In this document: in pieces, positions 40,962-54,200 of the stretch
Layout: every line of letters starts with the position of its first letter
Numbering within the stretch: the first letter of the stretch is position 1
Source of the DNA: Octopus sinensis
Taxonomy: Eukaryota
Direction of reading: 5' to 3'
Length of the DNA: 64,000 bases
NCBI RefSeq assembly: GCF_006345805.1
Contig: NC_043000.1
Span: forward strand, 90,210,001-90,274,000
Notes under the pieces: model-generated
Seen by the model: only the letters and a program-made list of their open reading frames with translations
What the model was told of the DNA's origin: nothing
Database searches by the model: none
Made by a program: the position numbers and the translations under genes

Positions 40962-43457
40962 CATACATACACATCATATATCATTTTAGTTATTTACAAT
41001 ATAATATAATATAAACAGAATGTTCTACACTATTTAATTTCAACATAATTTGCTATAATACATGATCAGTGGTAGGGATGTAAACATCATATCTCATACT
41101 GTATAAAGCCCAATGTTTTAGCACAAAAAAAAGAGTATATTAAAAAACACCAATAAAATTGATCTCATTGGGACAACATTGACAAGAAAAAGATTCCATT
41201 AGAATTCTAATTATCATTATGATACTCAGCATTAAAGCAAATAGTTCATTCTCTGAGCTGTCACTAAACCATCAGAATTAACCATATGTACATTTTGACT
41301 TCAGTTTTGTCAATAAAAGATCTCACTACACCTCCTTTCTAACCTTTGCCAGCTTGGCAAAGTACAATGCAAGCAATGCCATGATCACTGTAGATACTAC
41401 TAACAGTACAACATGGCCATTCCTGAAAGTTACAGTATCATTATTTACACACCTTTGTACTTCAATAGTCCATCCCCTTGCAGAAAAAGCAGAACTGTTT
41501 TTGTATTGATATCTTTGATAAATCCATTTATAAAACCTGTTTCTTAGTTCTCAACAGAGACACTATACTGATAGTAGGAAAAGCAAAATTCATCTTTATT
41601 ATCTTTATATGTGAATATACTGATGCTAATTGCTAAAATCTCTTTTAAAAAATGCCCTGCTTTGGACCATGGAGACAGAAACCAGTACCCAGCCATTTAT
41701 GTGTGCCTACCCAGTCCGTAAAGTGCACTGGTTCAGGGTTGATTATCATCATAAGTTTATGGAGGATCAAGATGTCAGTGTGGAGAAATAGTGCTAGTAT
41801 TTACAATAAACACATCTGGTCCAATTATTGTTGTCTTGCTAATGAAAAGCTCAAGTCACAAGAGCATGTGAAAACAGAACCTGGAAATTTTGCAGTCTAC
41901 TGCTATAAAGGCAAGACAAATGTTTCCCTAGGTAGGAGAGTAGAGGACTGATCTATTCTCAGGGTGGAATTAAACTGAAGACCTGAGCAACAAAGTAGCT
42001 TGTTGATTTTACATTGTTGTTGTAAGCAACACTGGTTGTTCCTTGCCTGTGTTACAATTATCTCTCAAATTACCAAGTCCACCAAAGTGTTTGAAACACA
42101 GATACTACACAGAGCTATGATAACAGGATATGAACAATTTCCCAGCTCAACTGGTTGTCTGGTAATCTAGCAGTTTGAATATCCACATTTAATTCTCTAG
42201 TGTTGGTGTTTTACATTATATCATTTATGAAGGCTCAAGACAACATTAGTAGATAAGAGATAAAAGCTTGAAACTACAAAAATATTTTCCTTGATACTGA
42301 CCACATGACAAGCTGCTGGCATTATAGCTAATAACAGGAAAAATACATACCCCTGTCCTACAATCCTTGCTCAAACTTTGAGCAAAATACTGTTACTGTA
42401 ATAAGAAACATCAACATCAATGACAAAGTCCATAATTGCTTTGCAGCTGCATATCATTATAATGATGATGGTGGTGGCTGTGGTAGACAGAAGCAATATC
42501 TTAAATACAGAAAAATATGAATAATGCATCTATTTTGTTCAAAGTAGTTACCTGAGAAGAAAAACATAAAACAAAACAGCAAGCTGATATTTTCAACATT
42601 TCTTTTTAATGAAATATCATGAAATCAATGTAATTATTTAATGGAAAGTATCTTTTTTTTTAAAGTTTATTTATTAATTTAGAATTTCTCTCTTTATCTT
42701 TCTCTCATCCTTTCACTCATTCTTCCGTTCACTCTTTCTTTCTCTCACTCTTCATCTTACATAGCAAATGGAGAAAGACTCATAACAATGTCTACCTCTC
42801 TATTTTTTTTTTTAATAAAACAGTTTCTTTGTATTCAATTCTTGTCTTTATATTTGGTATGGGTATTTTTTTTTGGTTTTTTTTTGTCTTCTATTTTTCA
42901 TCTTTCTCTTGTTTGTCAATAGTTATACTTTCATTGAACACAATGTTTCACGAATAAACAAGAACACAAGAGAAAAGAAAATCAAACAAAAATATACATA
43001 TGGAATAAAATAAAAGAACTGGTATTTTTCAAATATTTTGGTATTTTTTTCCCTTTCTCTTTCTTTCTCTCTCTTTTTCTTAAACATGAATACTTGTTGC
43101 AAAAGGCATCCTATTCCACTAAATTCAATATAACAGTCTTAATTCTTTAACATTTTTTTTTTTTGCTATCTAATCGTTTAATAAAGCTGTGCAAATTATT
43201 TCCAGGTTGAAAATTAAGGTGCCATATACTGACAGATAAACATTGACTTCTAACAATGGTGGCAAAGCCAAAGATTATGGAAGAGGGACCGACTTACTCG
43301 AATTAACTGACTCCAGTTAATGACTGGAATCAATGCAAGAAGAATGAAAAGTCAACCTTGGTGGGATTCGAACTCAGAACCTAAAGGTAATATAACTAAG
43401 TACAAGAAATTTAATTCAGCACTCTACCAATTCTGCCACTTCACTGCCCTACTTTGA

Positions 43458-43722
43458 GATTATATACATACATACATATACATATATATATATACATATA
43501 TATATACATACATATACACACATATATATACATACATATATATATACATACATATATATATACACATACATATATATATACACATACATATACATATATA
43601 TATATACATATATATATATAATATATATATATACATATATATACATATATATATATATATATACATATATACATATATATACTATATATATATATATATA
43701 CATATATATACATATATATACA

Positions 43723-43760
<38 letters not shown>

Positions 43761-43771
43761 CATATATATAC

Positions 43772-43820
<49 letters not shown>

Positions 43821-43958
43821 CATATATTATGTGAAATAGAAAGATGAATAATCTTGTAGTAGATTAATCAATGTAGTAGATTAATCAATTAATCAGTAGA
43901 TTTCTTCAATTCACAAATAATGTTTTATATATACATATATATATATACATATATATAC

Positions 43959-44017
<59 letters not shown>

Positions 44018-44122
44018 CATATATATACATATATATACATATATATATACATATACATATATATTCACACACACATACACACATATATATACACACACAT
44101 ACACAAACACACACACACGTAT
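43458..44122. repeat. Large (TA)n/(TATACA)n microsatellite blocks
   Basis: Seen directly. Confidence 0.95.
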
Positions 44123-45272
44123 ATATGAAATTTTTTTAAATGACAAAATACAGTGAAATTATTTAAAGTAAAAGCTAAATTTTTTTTTTTAACGTTACCA
44201 AAATTATCAAATTTTCACTTGAAAGAAAATAAGATATGTAAAAAAAAATGCTAAACAACAAAGTTACCAAACCAGAAGAGGAGGGTGGATCTTTGGAACA
44301 AATTACACAAAAGCCTTAATTTTTTTTCTCTTTTTTTTTTGTCTCATCTAATTACATTCAACACCCAACTATCTGCAGGTAATGAAAGAACAAGATACAA
44401 TACTAATACTACCAATAATAATAATTCTAACAAGTTTCAATATGGTCAGGGCATTAATTGTCAAAGTTGCTGACTAATTCAACTAAATGAGTAGATGCTT
44501 TTTTGTTACTCTTTTAAAGCAAGAAAAAAAAATTATAACCAATTTTAAAATAGGTATAATAGAAAACATCTTTGCATATTTTTAATTTTGTAAAAAATAT
44601 CTCCATGAGGTTTTCCATCATCATTCTTCTACTACCTGTTTGTTCCTCTTTAAAATAAAACAATAGAATCGTGTTTATTCTTTTTTACTTGGTTGCAGTT
44701 CTAAATGAAAATCTGCTTTTTTTTTTCTTTCAGTTCCAGTCAATAAACTCTTCATTGAGTCATTGAATGAAAAATGTTTCCAGAAAATGAACTCAGAATT
44801 TATTCCGTCAGTTCGAACCCACAAGAGGCAGTGTCATTAGAAAAAAAAAAGGGAAAAAAAAAACAGCCCAAGTTATGTGCGCATGTGTGTATGTGTGTTG
44901 GCAAGGTTATCTTTTTTTTTTTTTCTGTTGTAGTTATTGTTTGCATTTTCTTTTTTTTTTTTTTACATTTTTTTTTCTTGTTAAAGATGGAGACTGAAGA
45001 GTGACTAATTATGCAATGATTGACGAAGTGAAGTGAGACTGATGTAAACAGAAAAAAAAAATGTGTATATAAAAAAAGAGAGAGAGAGTTAGTAAAAACA
45101 TTCAAGTATGATAGATATGTAGAAGGGAAAAAAACAGAGAGAAAGAGAAATAGAGAGAGAGAGAGAGAAGAATGGTAGTAATATATGTGGATTAAAGAAT
45201 GTAAATAAAATGTTAAGGAAGTCAAAGTAAAAAAGTGAGAAGGTGGTAGAGAAGAACCTAGCTAAATGTGTG

Positions 45273-48200
45273 TTACTTGAGGCCAAGAAATCCATACAAA
45301 TGTTCAATATGTTTTATAACAGTGTCTAAGAAATTGGGTTTTTCTCTGTGGATGGACCGTGCCCCAGAGAGAGCTGTGGAAGTGGTACTGGTAGTTGTGG
45401 TTGTCGATGTTGTTGTTCCTGATGTTGTGGCTGCTGTCCCTTTGTTAGGACTGTGCTGTTCACATTTTGTATCAGTTTCTTTGCCTTCTTCTGAAGACAG
45501 CCTACCACTACCAGTCTGGCCAGCACCACTACCAATTCCACCAGTTCCACTAAGAGAGCTTTCAGATGCTATCTGGAAACCAGGGGACACCTCTTCAGCA
45601 TTGTTGTCGGTTTCCATTTCATCAGGGTCGTTACTGAATCGCTGGCGCTTTGTAGGTGTCTCCATAGACTCATCTGGTTCCGAACTGTTTAAGTGTTCCG
45701 AACGAGTAAGCTTTTCGGCTGTTACTGGGACTTCAGTTAACGTCTCAGCAGTAGTAATAGGGTCGATGTTAATGCCTGGATTGATACTAGTTGTGGTGGG
45801 AGATGAAGTAACAGCTGATGAAGTTGGAAGAGGACTGGAAAGAGGTGATGATGAAGATGTCTTACTGCTGTTGGTAGCAACCGATACTGCAGTGGGAACG
45901 GTAGATGTAGCAGCAGTGGTAGTAATTGTAGGAGTATTCGTAGTAGCAGTAGTAGTAGTAGTCGTAGTAGATAAGCTAACAACACTGGTTGAACTAGCAG
46001 CAAGTGAAGAATCTTCATTTTCAGATCTCTGACGTTGTTGGTAATCACAACACACTCTGTGAATGTGTTGCAGGCTGTCTGTTAGTAAACTACTAAGTTG
46101 TTTTGGAGGTTGAACAGAAAATATTAAAAGCATGGCTCTAAGGTCACCATTAATACGTTGGCATATAGAAAAAAGTTCCTGATCAGTTTTTACATTTTCT
46201 GTTGCTGATTTTTCAGCGGTGATAGAAGCTACAAGACTATCAAGTAAACTTTGACCTTGATCATTGAGGACTTGTTGGTGAACCTTAGGAAAGAAATTGC
46301 AGAAAAATTGGTAGATTATAGGGCTGTTGAGAGACATGCGTTCATCCAATAGAACTGCATTGACATACTCAATGAAATAATAGCTGTTGCACAATACTTT
46401 GATGCAACTCTTATCAAACTGCTCTAAATGATAGATTTCATTCCACAATTTGGCAAAATAAAGTGAATGAAGAGGTACCCCTTCATAAGCAACCATTGCA
46501 CTCAGATTGATCAAGTCTTTAGTAAGGTTATGTTGATTGACAGCAACCCGGCATAGCAAGTCAATAAACAGGTGATATTGATTGAAGAAGTCAGACAGTG
46601 CAGCATCATAACAATCATCAACATTTCGGGAAGCTTCCAGTTGGTTGGAGTGTAGCAACATCTGAAACTGAGGCCTTGGTGGTCTGACATTAGATTTAGA
46701 GCAGATGGTCTTCTGACCCCTGCGTGGGAAATAAGGACCAACAGACACTGGTAGGTTGGTGTCCTGAAATGCTTTGTGGGAATCTCGCAGAATTGTAACA
46801 ATAGTAGGGATTATGTCCTTTTGGAAAGTGAGTACCATTTCTTTGAGGACTTCAAAACAACTCTGACGGATTTCAGGTGGAGTATAAGAATTCAAGAGAG
46901 TAAGAAGCTTGCGAACAAACTCTGCTCTTTCATTCCAGTTAAAGATGCATTCCTTTACATGTAAAGTACTTGGGTTCTTCCGTTCCAAGTAATGCCTGGC
47001 AACTTTGAGGACAGGCAATAGCAAGGCAAGGAGATCAACAATATCGCCAGTCACATGACACGCTGTAGCCTCGTGGTACATCACATGAAGAGTAAAGAAT
47101 GCTTCAGTTATCATTTGCAAACCTTGCTGGTAAATAATGAGTAGTCTGTCATCTGTACTATCAACTAGAATTTTGAAGCTGTTGATGAGTGTTTGCCAGC
47201 CAGATCGAGCATCCAAGTGCTGCAAGTACATCTGGATAGTAGTTCGCCTGAAGTTATTGATGGCCTTCAATTCTTCTTCAGAACTGTCTTGGTGCTTCAT
47301 TGACATGACTCGCATCATTTTGAAGAGTTCTTCAACAGCAGCAGTATACTGGGCAGGATAAGGAGAAATGTTCTTAAATGCCCACAGAATATTTTGGTGC
47401 TGAGCGAGCTGCCTTGTGAAAGAACGTGACTGTTGACAACAGATGCGCAGTAGGCCATAGTAGGCTGGCAACATACAACGATTGAACATGACAACTTCCT
47501 GATCATCGTGGTCAGCGAGGATATAATTAAAAGCAATATTTTTACAGACATGTGTGTTGGTGACAATAAGTTTTACATTCTCTGGGCAGTCTAGACACAC
47601 TTGATACCAGAACATAAGCATGGCTTGTTTGTTGTGGTGCATTGAGATCTGAGGTTCTGATAACTTGGGTTGAAATAGTTGCCATAAATCAGCAAAATAG
47701 CGACCAAACATTAACTTTTCCTTTTTAGAAATCAGACAGTATGTGACAACAGCAAAGTAACAAACTAGTTTGCTGGTGCCGTGAACCTGAGGGTCAACAT
47801 AGAGACGTGCACGCGACAGCAGTGATAACAAATGCTCGTAGATTTGATGTAGAACAGCTAGTGCATCTGAGGAGAGTAGTAGTTCTTTATGTGGACTCAG
47901 TATGCTTCTCGCTGTGCGGAATGCTTGTCGAAAATTTAGGCTGGGAACTAAGGAAACCAATAAGAAACTTGCTGCATTTCTTACCCGTACATTGCCATGA
48001 GCAATAAGATAACCTTCGACCCAATTGTCCATCTGCTGTAGTACCCATGCATTGGCAATTTTATTCCTAGTGACCAAATTCGAGAGCCATTCAAGACACT
48101 GATGAGGACAACATTCTGTGAGCTCCCAGAATCGCTGAAGAATATACTGTAAAAAGGGAGGCATTCCTGGTGGACCTCCAATGAATTCAACTAATAAAGA

Positions 48201-51200
48201 CATTAACTTAAAAAATGGTTGCGCCTGTTCTGCATTCAGTTTTTTGACAGCATTGAAAAGCATCTGAACAATTGCCAATGCCAAAGAGTCATTCCAGCGA
48301 CAGAGACTAAAAATTAAATTGCACGTCTGCCGTACATTAATATGGTCTTTAATTTGATTGTAAAGGAATGGAAATCCTTTGCCACCAATGATGCTGTTAT
48401 AATCTTTTTCACTCAGGCGTAACTGATTGTCTTCTCCTCGTGACCTCTCCACCAGCTGTGCAATCAGCGCTATCATTTTATCTAGTGCCAGAGGTCTGTG
48501 CTTATCTTCAGGCATTGCAATGACGTCATCTTCTTCATCATCATCTGACAATATTTCAACATAATTTTCTTGAGCTTTCTGACCCATGTAGAAATTAACA
48601 ATTGCTGATATAGCATTGTTATTGATTAGGAAAAAACATTCTTCATCGCCCATCTTGGCAAATTCTAGAAGAAAACTGAAATATTCTGTTAGATACTTGC
48701 TGTGGGGTCGGACACCTTGCTCAAGAATTGCTAACATACGTCTGATAAATTTGGTAGCACATGTCTGACCACTGAGGCTGTTGGATTTGGTTTGGTCATC
48801 ATTGGGATTCCCTGAGGTTAGAAGGTCATACTGGGCATTTTTGAGTTGTGTAATTACGTGAACTAATAACCTCTGGAACATCTGGCGCACCATTTGGTTA
48901 GGACATTTAATTAATATCTGCTGAGGCCACCAATCACATTCTGCCATATGCTCCAGAAACCATTCACATGCAGCTTGGCAGGAATTAAACTGCTTTGTCA
49001 GAAGTTCAATCCACTGAAGCATAGTAGGTTTTTCTTTGGCATGAATATGTGTTTCTAAGACAAAGGACGCACTCAGCTGTGCAACCATCAGAGGCACTTT
49101 TCTTGGGTCATCTCGAGGTAATGTCGTTTGAATGTAACCACATAACTGTAGCATGAATCCAAAATAAGTGTGCTCGAATATATTTTTATCTTGTAGAAAC
49201 TGCATGTTGTCTTGCCATATCCAGTCAGCAAGTTCCTTTGACAAATCAAAGTTGAATTTCTGTGGCGGCTCTGATGCAGCATCAGATTCTTCATTAGGCA
49301 CTTCTTTCTTCTTCGGAGAACACCGTTCATAAAATAACATATAGGCACTGTTGGTCTTCTCAAAAGAAAAATCCATGAATTTGTCAGTAACAGAATCATA
49401 CGTTTTACTTGTCATTTCACCCCCGAAACACTCTGCAGCTATTTGGCTAGGATCAAATGGTTTCACTTCAGCATCATTAAATAGGTACCACTTATCAAAT
49501 CCAGTCTTAGACTGACTAATGCGATCTCTGATGAAACTATAATAGTGTCCTCCATCAGCAGTTCCCGTGTGTACGGTTACTCCAATCAGTTCATATTCAT
49601 GGCAGTCAGATTCATCTTTCGTGAAGGTGTCATTCTTATCGTCATCATCTTGTAATTTATCTGGTCCCATCAAGTTCACTTCCATGTACTGAGACATATC
49701 CAAGCGTAATGGAAAAGAAAAATGTGTATTTACCTTTTCTTTCATCATAGTCACCATATTAAAAGTGTATCGCATCGTATTAAAACACAGGATCTTGGGA
49801 AGTTTTCTGAAGCATGCACGCTTTTCAGCACGGACTTTCTTTTGACATTTTGAGCAAGTATACATATTATCTCCTTCAAGCATATCCTTCACTGTAACCT
49901 CATCAAGCGAATCATATAGATTTTTCATGTCTGTAACTTGGCATCGGACAGTATAAAACTCTTCAACAGTGCGACTGACATGTGGACAATCAAGAGAAAC
50001 AACATTATTAGTTAGGACACCACCAAATAAACTTTTCACCAGCTTTTTCATGTCTGAAGACATTTCTTCAAGTTTTGTTATTAAATCTGTAAAGAACTCA
50101 GTCATATCTTTTTGTTCTCCTGTGTTCAGAGGTTGTTTGTCCATGGTGTAAGTCTTGCAGAAGCTCTTGGGGTTATAAGCTTTTCTCTCACTTTCTTGAA
50201 GGTAAGCAAATATCTTCTGAAGCTCAATCAGTGTGGCTTCATGCTTTGTCTGGTCTGTACACTTTGCTTGTAATACTGACTGCCTTGCCTGTGGAATCAT
50301 ATACAAATGCTGCATACATGTAGCCATATAGCAAGTAGCTCCGAGGTTAGTCAAACCTACATAGCCACATTTTGATCGTCCATCCTCATGTGGCCAATAA
50401 TCCCATGGGTAGGGTACATGAGAATCTTTACTGTGCTGTTTCATCATTTTTTCATGCAGTATAGCATAGTTTTCAACACTACCTTTTACCATTTCTACAA
50501 GCAAATCGTAAGCAGCAGCTCGAGATGCTTGACTTTTACACTTAGGCAGCTTTCTGTTGACTGGTGATGGCAACGCAAAGAGACACCAAAAAATGTCCTC
50601 AAGAAATACTCTACCATTTTCAGATGTTTTGAATGGTGGTTCATGTTTCAAAATAGCAGTACAAAGATTTAAAAGACCAATCAGGGCATCATCCTCCTCG
50701 TAACCATTCCTGGTTTCATAAAAAGAGCGAGAGATTATATGATTAGCAATTTCTTTACATAACATATCTAAATTCACGAGACTGTCAGATTTAGTGTTTG
50801 CATCTTCTTTTGAAATGTTATCAACAAATCTGCATACCAACCAGAAATAGTCACGGCAACCAGGGCCATATGTCTCTTTCTTCTCCTCTTGCAGGTAGGC
50901 ATCATTTACTCGGGGTTTTATTAATAGAGCTTCTGGTAGAAATGACAGCATACTAGATAGTATGGGTAACAGAAATGCATAACCATTTCTGTTTTCCGAA
51001 GTCTTTCCTAAGCATAATTGATAAAGTCCAGTACAAACTTCCTTGCGGACGCAGGGTTCTGGGGCTTCCAGGGTTAACCTTTTCAGCCAAGAATTGAAAT
51101 TTGGAGATGAACAAAATGCATCTTTTAGTTCTTCACATGAATATGCCCAAGATACAAGAAAATTTAAAGCATAATGAACAACTTCTGACCTCCCCCAAGT

Positions 51201-54200
51201 GCCTGTATTGCATAAATTGTTTTCTATTGGTATAGCAGCATCAAACAAGATTTGCATGATGATCTGTAAGTCTGTATTGACATTTAGCATTGACAGAATG
51301 GTTTGGTTGAGACGAGGTACAACAATTTTATCACAATTACTTTTTTGACGTTTCATTTTCTTACGGGGTAACTCATAATTTTCAAAGAGGTCATCATGGC
51401 CTGCTTCAGCATCTGACCTTTCCACAGAAAACTGACTTATTAGACGTAGCAAATAAGCCAAGCATTCTTGATTCCACTGGTTCCAAGTTTCATCTGCTTT
51501 GGCTTGCAAGGTACTTGATTTAAATATATCAACTAAATGACTGAGCCCTCCTTTTGAAATGAACTGCTTGGTCCAAACTTCTTCAGGAACTTCCAGACCT
51601 TCCAGAACTTGATCACTATCAGCATCTCCTCCTCCTCCAGATCGAGAAATTGATTTTTTCTTACATTTTGGATTTTTTGATAATGCTTCAACTATCTGTA
51701 AAGAATACATTAAACGGTGTGGTCTTTGTGGATCTAGTAGCCGATTCCAGTCAATAGGCTCTTCAGGTGGAGTCTCTTCTTTGTAGGGAGTTGATGGCAT
51801 AATACTTCGGAAGCCATATAACATTTCAGGACTTGTTGGTAATAACATCAACAATTCCCAAACCCGCCGAGAAAATATTTTGCCTTTACTTTGTAAATTC
51901 CATCTTTCTTTACTTTCTAAATCAGCTGTTGAGAAGCTTAGATTACTCAGTTGTTCCAACAAAGTAAGCAGACGTTCGAAGCTTGGCTCTTGCAAAAGTA
52001 TCATCATAGGTAATTGTTCAGGACTAGGAGATGGTAGGCATGATGATGGCAATGTTCCATCCATCTTTCTCTGTGGTCTACTTGCACCAACAGAAACAAA
52101 AACAAGTTGCAAGTCCTTAAACTGCATTTCACTCAAAGTTTTCTCATCGTTATCTACAGTAAGCTCCTGCCCAAGAGTAATCATCCGTATTGGCCCATCC
52201 CCCAGCATAGCGCCAAGGATAGGAGACAATATTGAATTACCATGGTTACTAGAGGACTGCTGGCGTTGAAGTTGTTGCTGTTTCTGGAGAGCTTCCCACC
52301 ACCGAGCAACTTCAGCCCGTAATTCTGCAATGAGATCAGTAGACAACATATCTAATGGAGTTTTTTCTGAGATACCAGCTGGCTGTAAGAGAATTCGAAT
52401 TGGGCTTGACTGTTTCTCGTGTACATTACATTGGTGACTCACAATGCCATGTCCATCGATTTGCCAGTTTCTGAGGTGGTAAGCATATCTTTTTCGAAAA
52501 CCTTCCAAGTGATTTTTTAATAAAATCAAACCTCTTTGAATAACAAGAAGATTCATGTCGGGATTTTCTTCAACTTTCTGAGAGGCAGTTAAAAGACTGT
52601 CCATGCATCGACGAATAAATTCATCTTCTTTTTCCAACAGTCCATTTCCATAATTGATGTAATAGTTATTCAAGAACTGGATGGCTGTGATACTGACGTC
52701 TGTATTCAAAGCCCGTAGAGCAATTTGCCACAGCTGGTCCATGCCGCACACTTGGTCCTCAGACAACTGATTATCTATAGAAGCATTTGCAATTCTTGCC
52801 AAGTGTGATAATTGTTGGAAAAGATTCAAACCGATCATACTCATTGATTCAGGTTTAAGCTGAGGCATTTTCTCAAGAAATATGTGCTTGAATGTTTCCA
52901 AACACATGGCATGGTGATGCTCTTTGCTCTTGGCTTGATTAAGAAACCAGCTCAAGCATTCATCAGAACATTCTGGATCTAAAGCAAGACAAGCCCACAA
53001 AGTATCCACCTGTTCTTGACTTAGACGGAAACTATCTGGTGATCCAGGAGCACTGAACACACCAGTTAAAAACAAAAGCCTCACCTTAATTTGTTCCTTG
53101 TGACTGTAGAGGGATGTACTTTTCTGTAGATCACATTTTCGGCTCTCAGTATAATGGATAAGATCACTAAAAAAATGAGACATCATATTCAGTTCTTTTT
53201 CTGCCCACATAGTCACAGCATGGTTGTCAGAGCCACTGCGGTACTGTTGAAAAGAGCTGAAGATTTTGGGCAGAAGACGCAGAGATACCACTACAGACCG
53301 GTGCGCAGCCACATTTTCAATGCATGCTTCAATGAACTTGATTTTAATGCGCCTATCTGTTGAAAAGCACACTAAAGTGTAAAGAGCTTTCTCTGCTTCA
53401 ACAACCAAGCCATCGGGTAGCAAACACGCCATGTCATCTTGCACAAGATCCCAGAGAAGCGTGTTCCCTTTCTTGCAGACATCATCAAATGTAAAATCGG
53501 TACAAGATGAAACTGAAAGTTCTTTCTGAGATGGTCTGGGATGAATGACATGTGGCATGTGAGTATGATACATTGATGCCATACTGGCGAGATGTTGTTG
53601 CATTTGGTGCGTATTGAAATGAGGATGTGCATTGATCTGAGCTAATTCCTCATCACTGAGAACTTCTTCCCCATCAAAATCTGCCATATTTTTTTCTGAT
53701 TTTGTACTCATTCTGGAACTGTGGCAGCTACCTTCAGGACTCAATATGTCTTCAATATAATCACTTTGGATATGTCCATGTGGGTGAGCTTGCATATGTT
53801 GGATATAATTAGCACAATCAAACATTTCGGCTTCATCAGCACGGTTCTCAAACTCCTGAGCAGATTGGGAGGAAGCCACACCTTGAATACTGCTGTCAGC
53901 ACTGTCGTGGTTGGCTAATGTGGACGGTCTGGCTTCAGAATCATGAGAATCTCGTGAATCCTGTGATAGGTTACCAGGATCTGAAATAGCCATTTTCTTT
54001 TCACTGTCCCCACCAACTTCCAAATCTTTACAGTGACCAGTAATACCATCACTATCACCACGAGCTTCAAGAGAAACTGAACCAGGATGCAAGCTTTGTT
54101 GAATTCTGTTCTGATTTTCAGACCTTTGCAACCCTGGCCGGATACGATAGCGTTTCTTGCCTTGTCGCTGAAGAACAAGACAAGCAGGTTGTTTAAGAAG

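Noticed and set aside
44140-45272. Retroposition scars (poly(A) tail, target-site duplication) flanking USP34
   Set aside because: A/T runs are ubiquitous here and no flanking direct repeat could be identified, so retro-origin rests on intron absence alone.
45268-46032. 254-aa plus-strand ORF antisense to the USP34 C-terminus, and other short ORFs overlapping USP34
   Set aside because: These are shadows of Thr/Ser-rich sense codons (poly-Val), with no recognisable domain.
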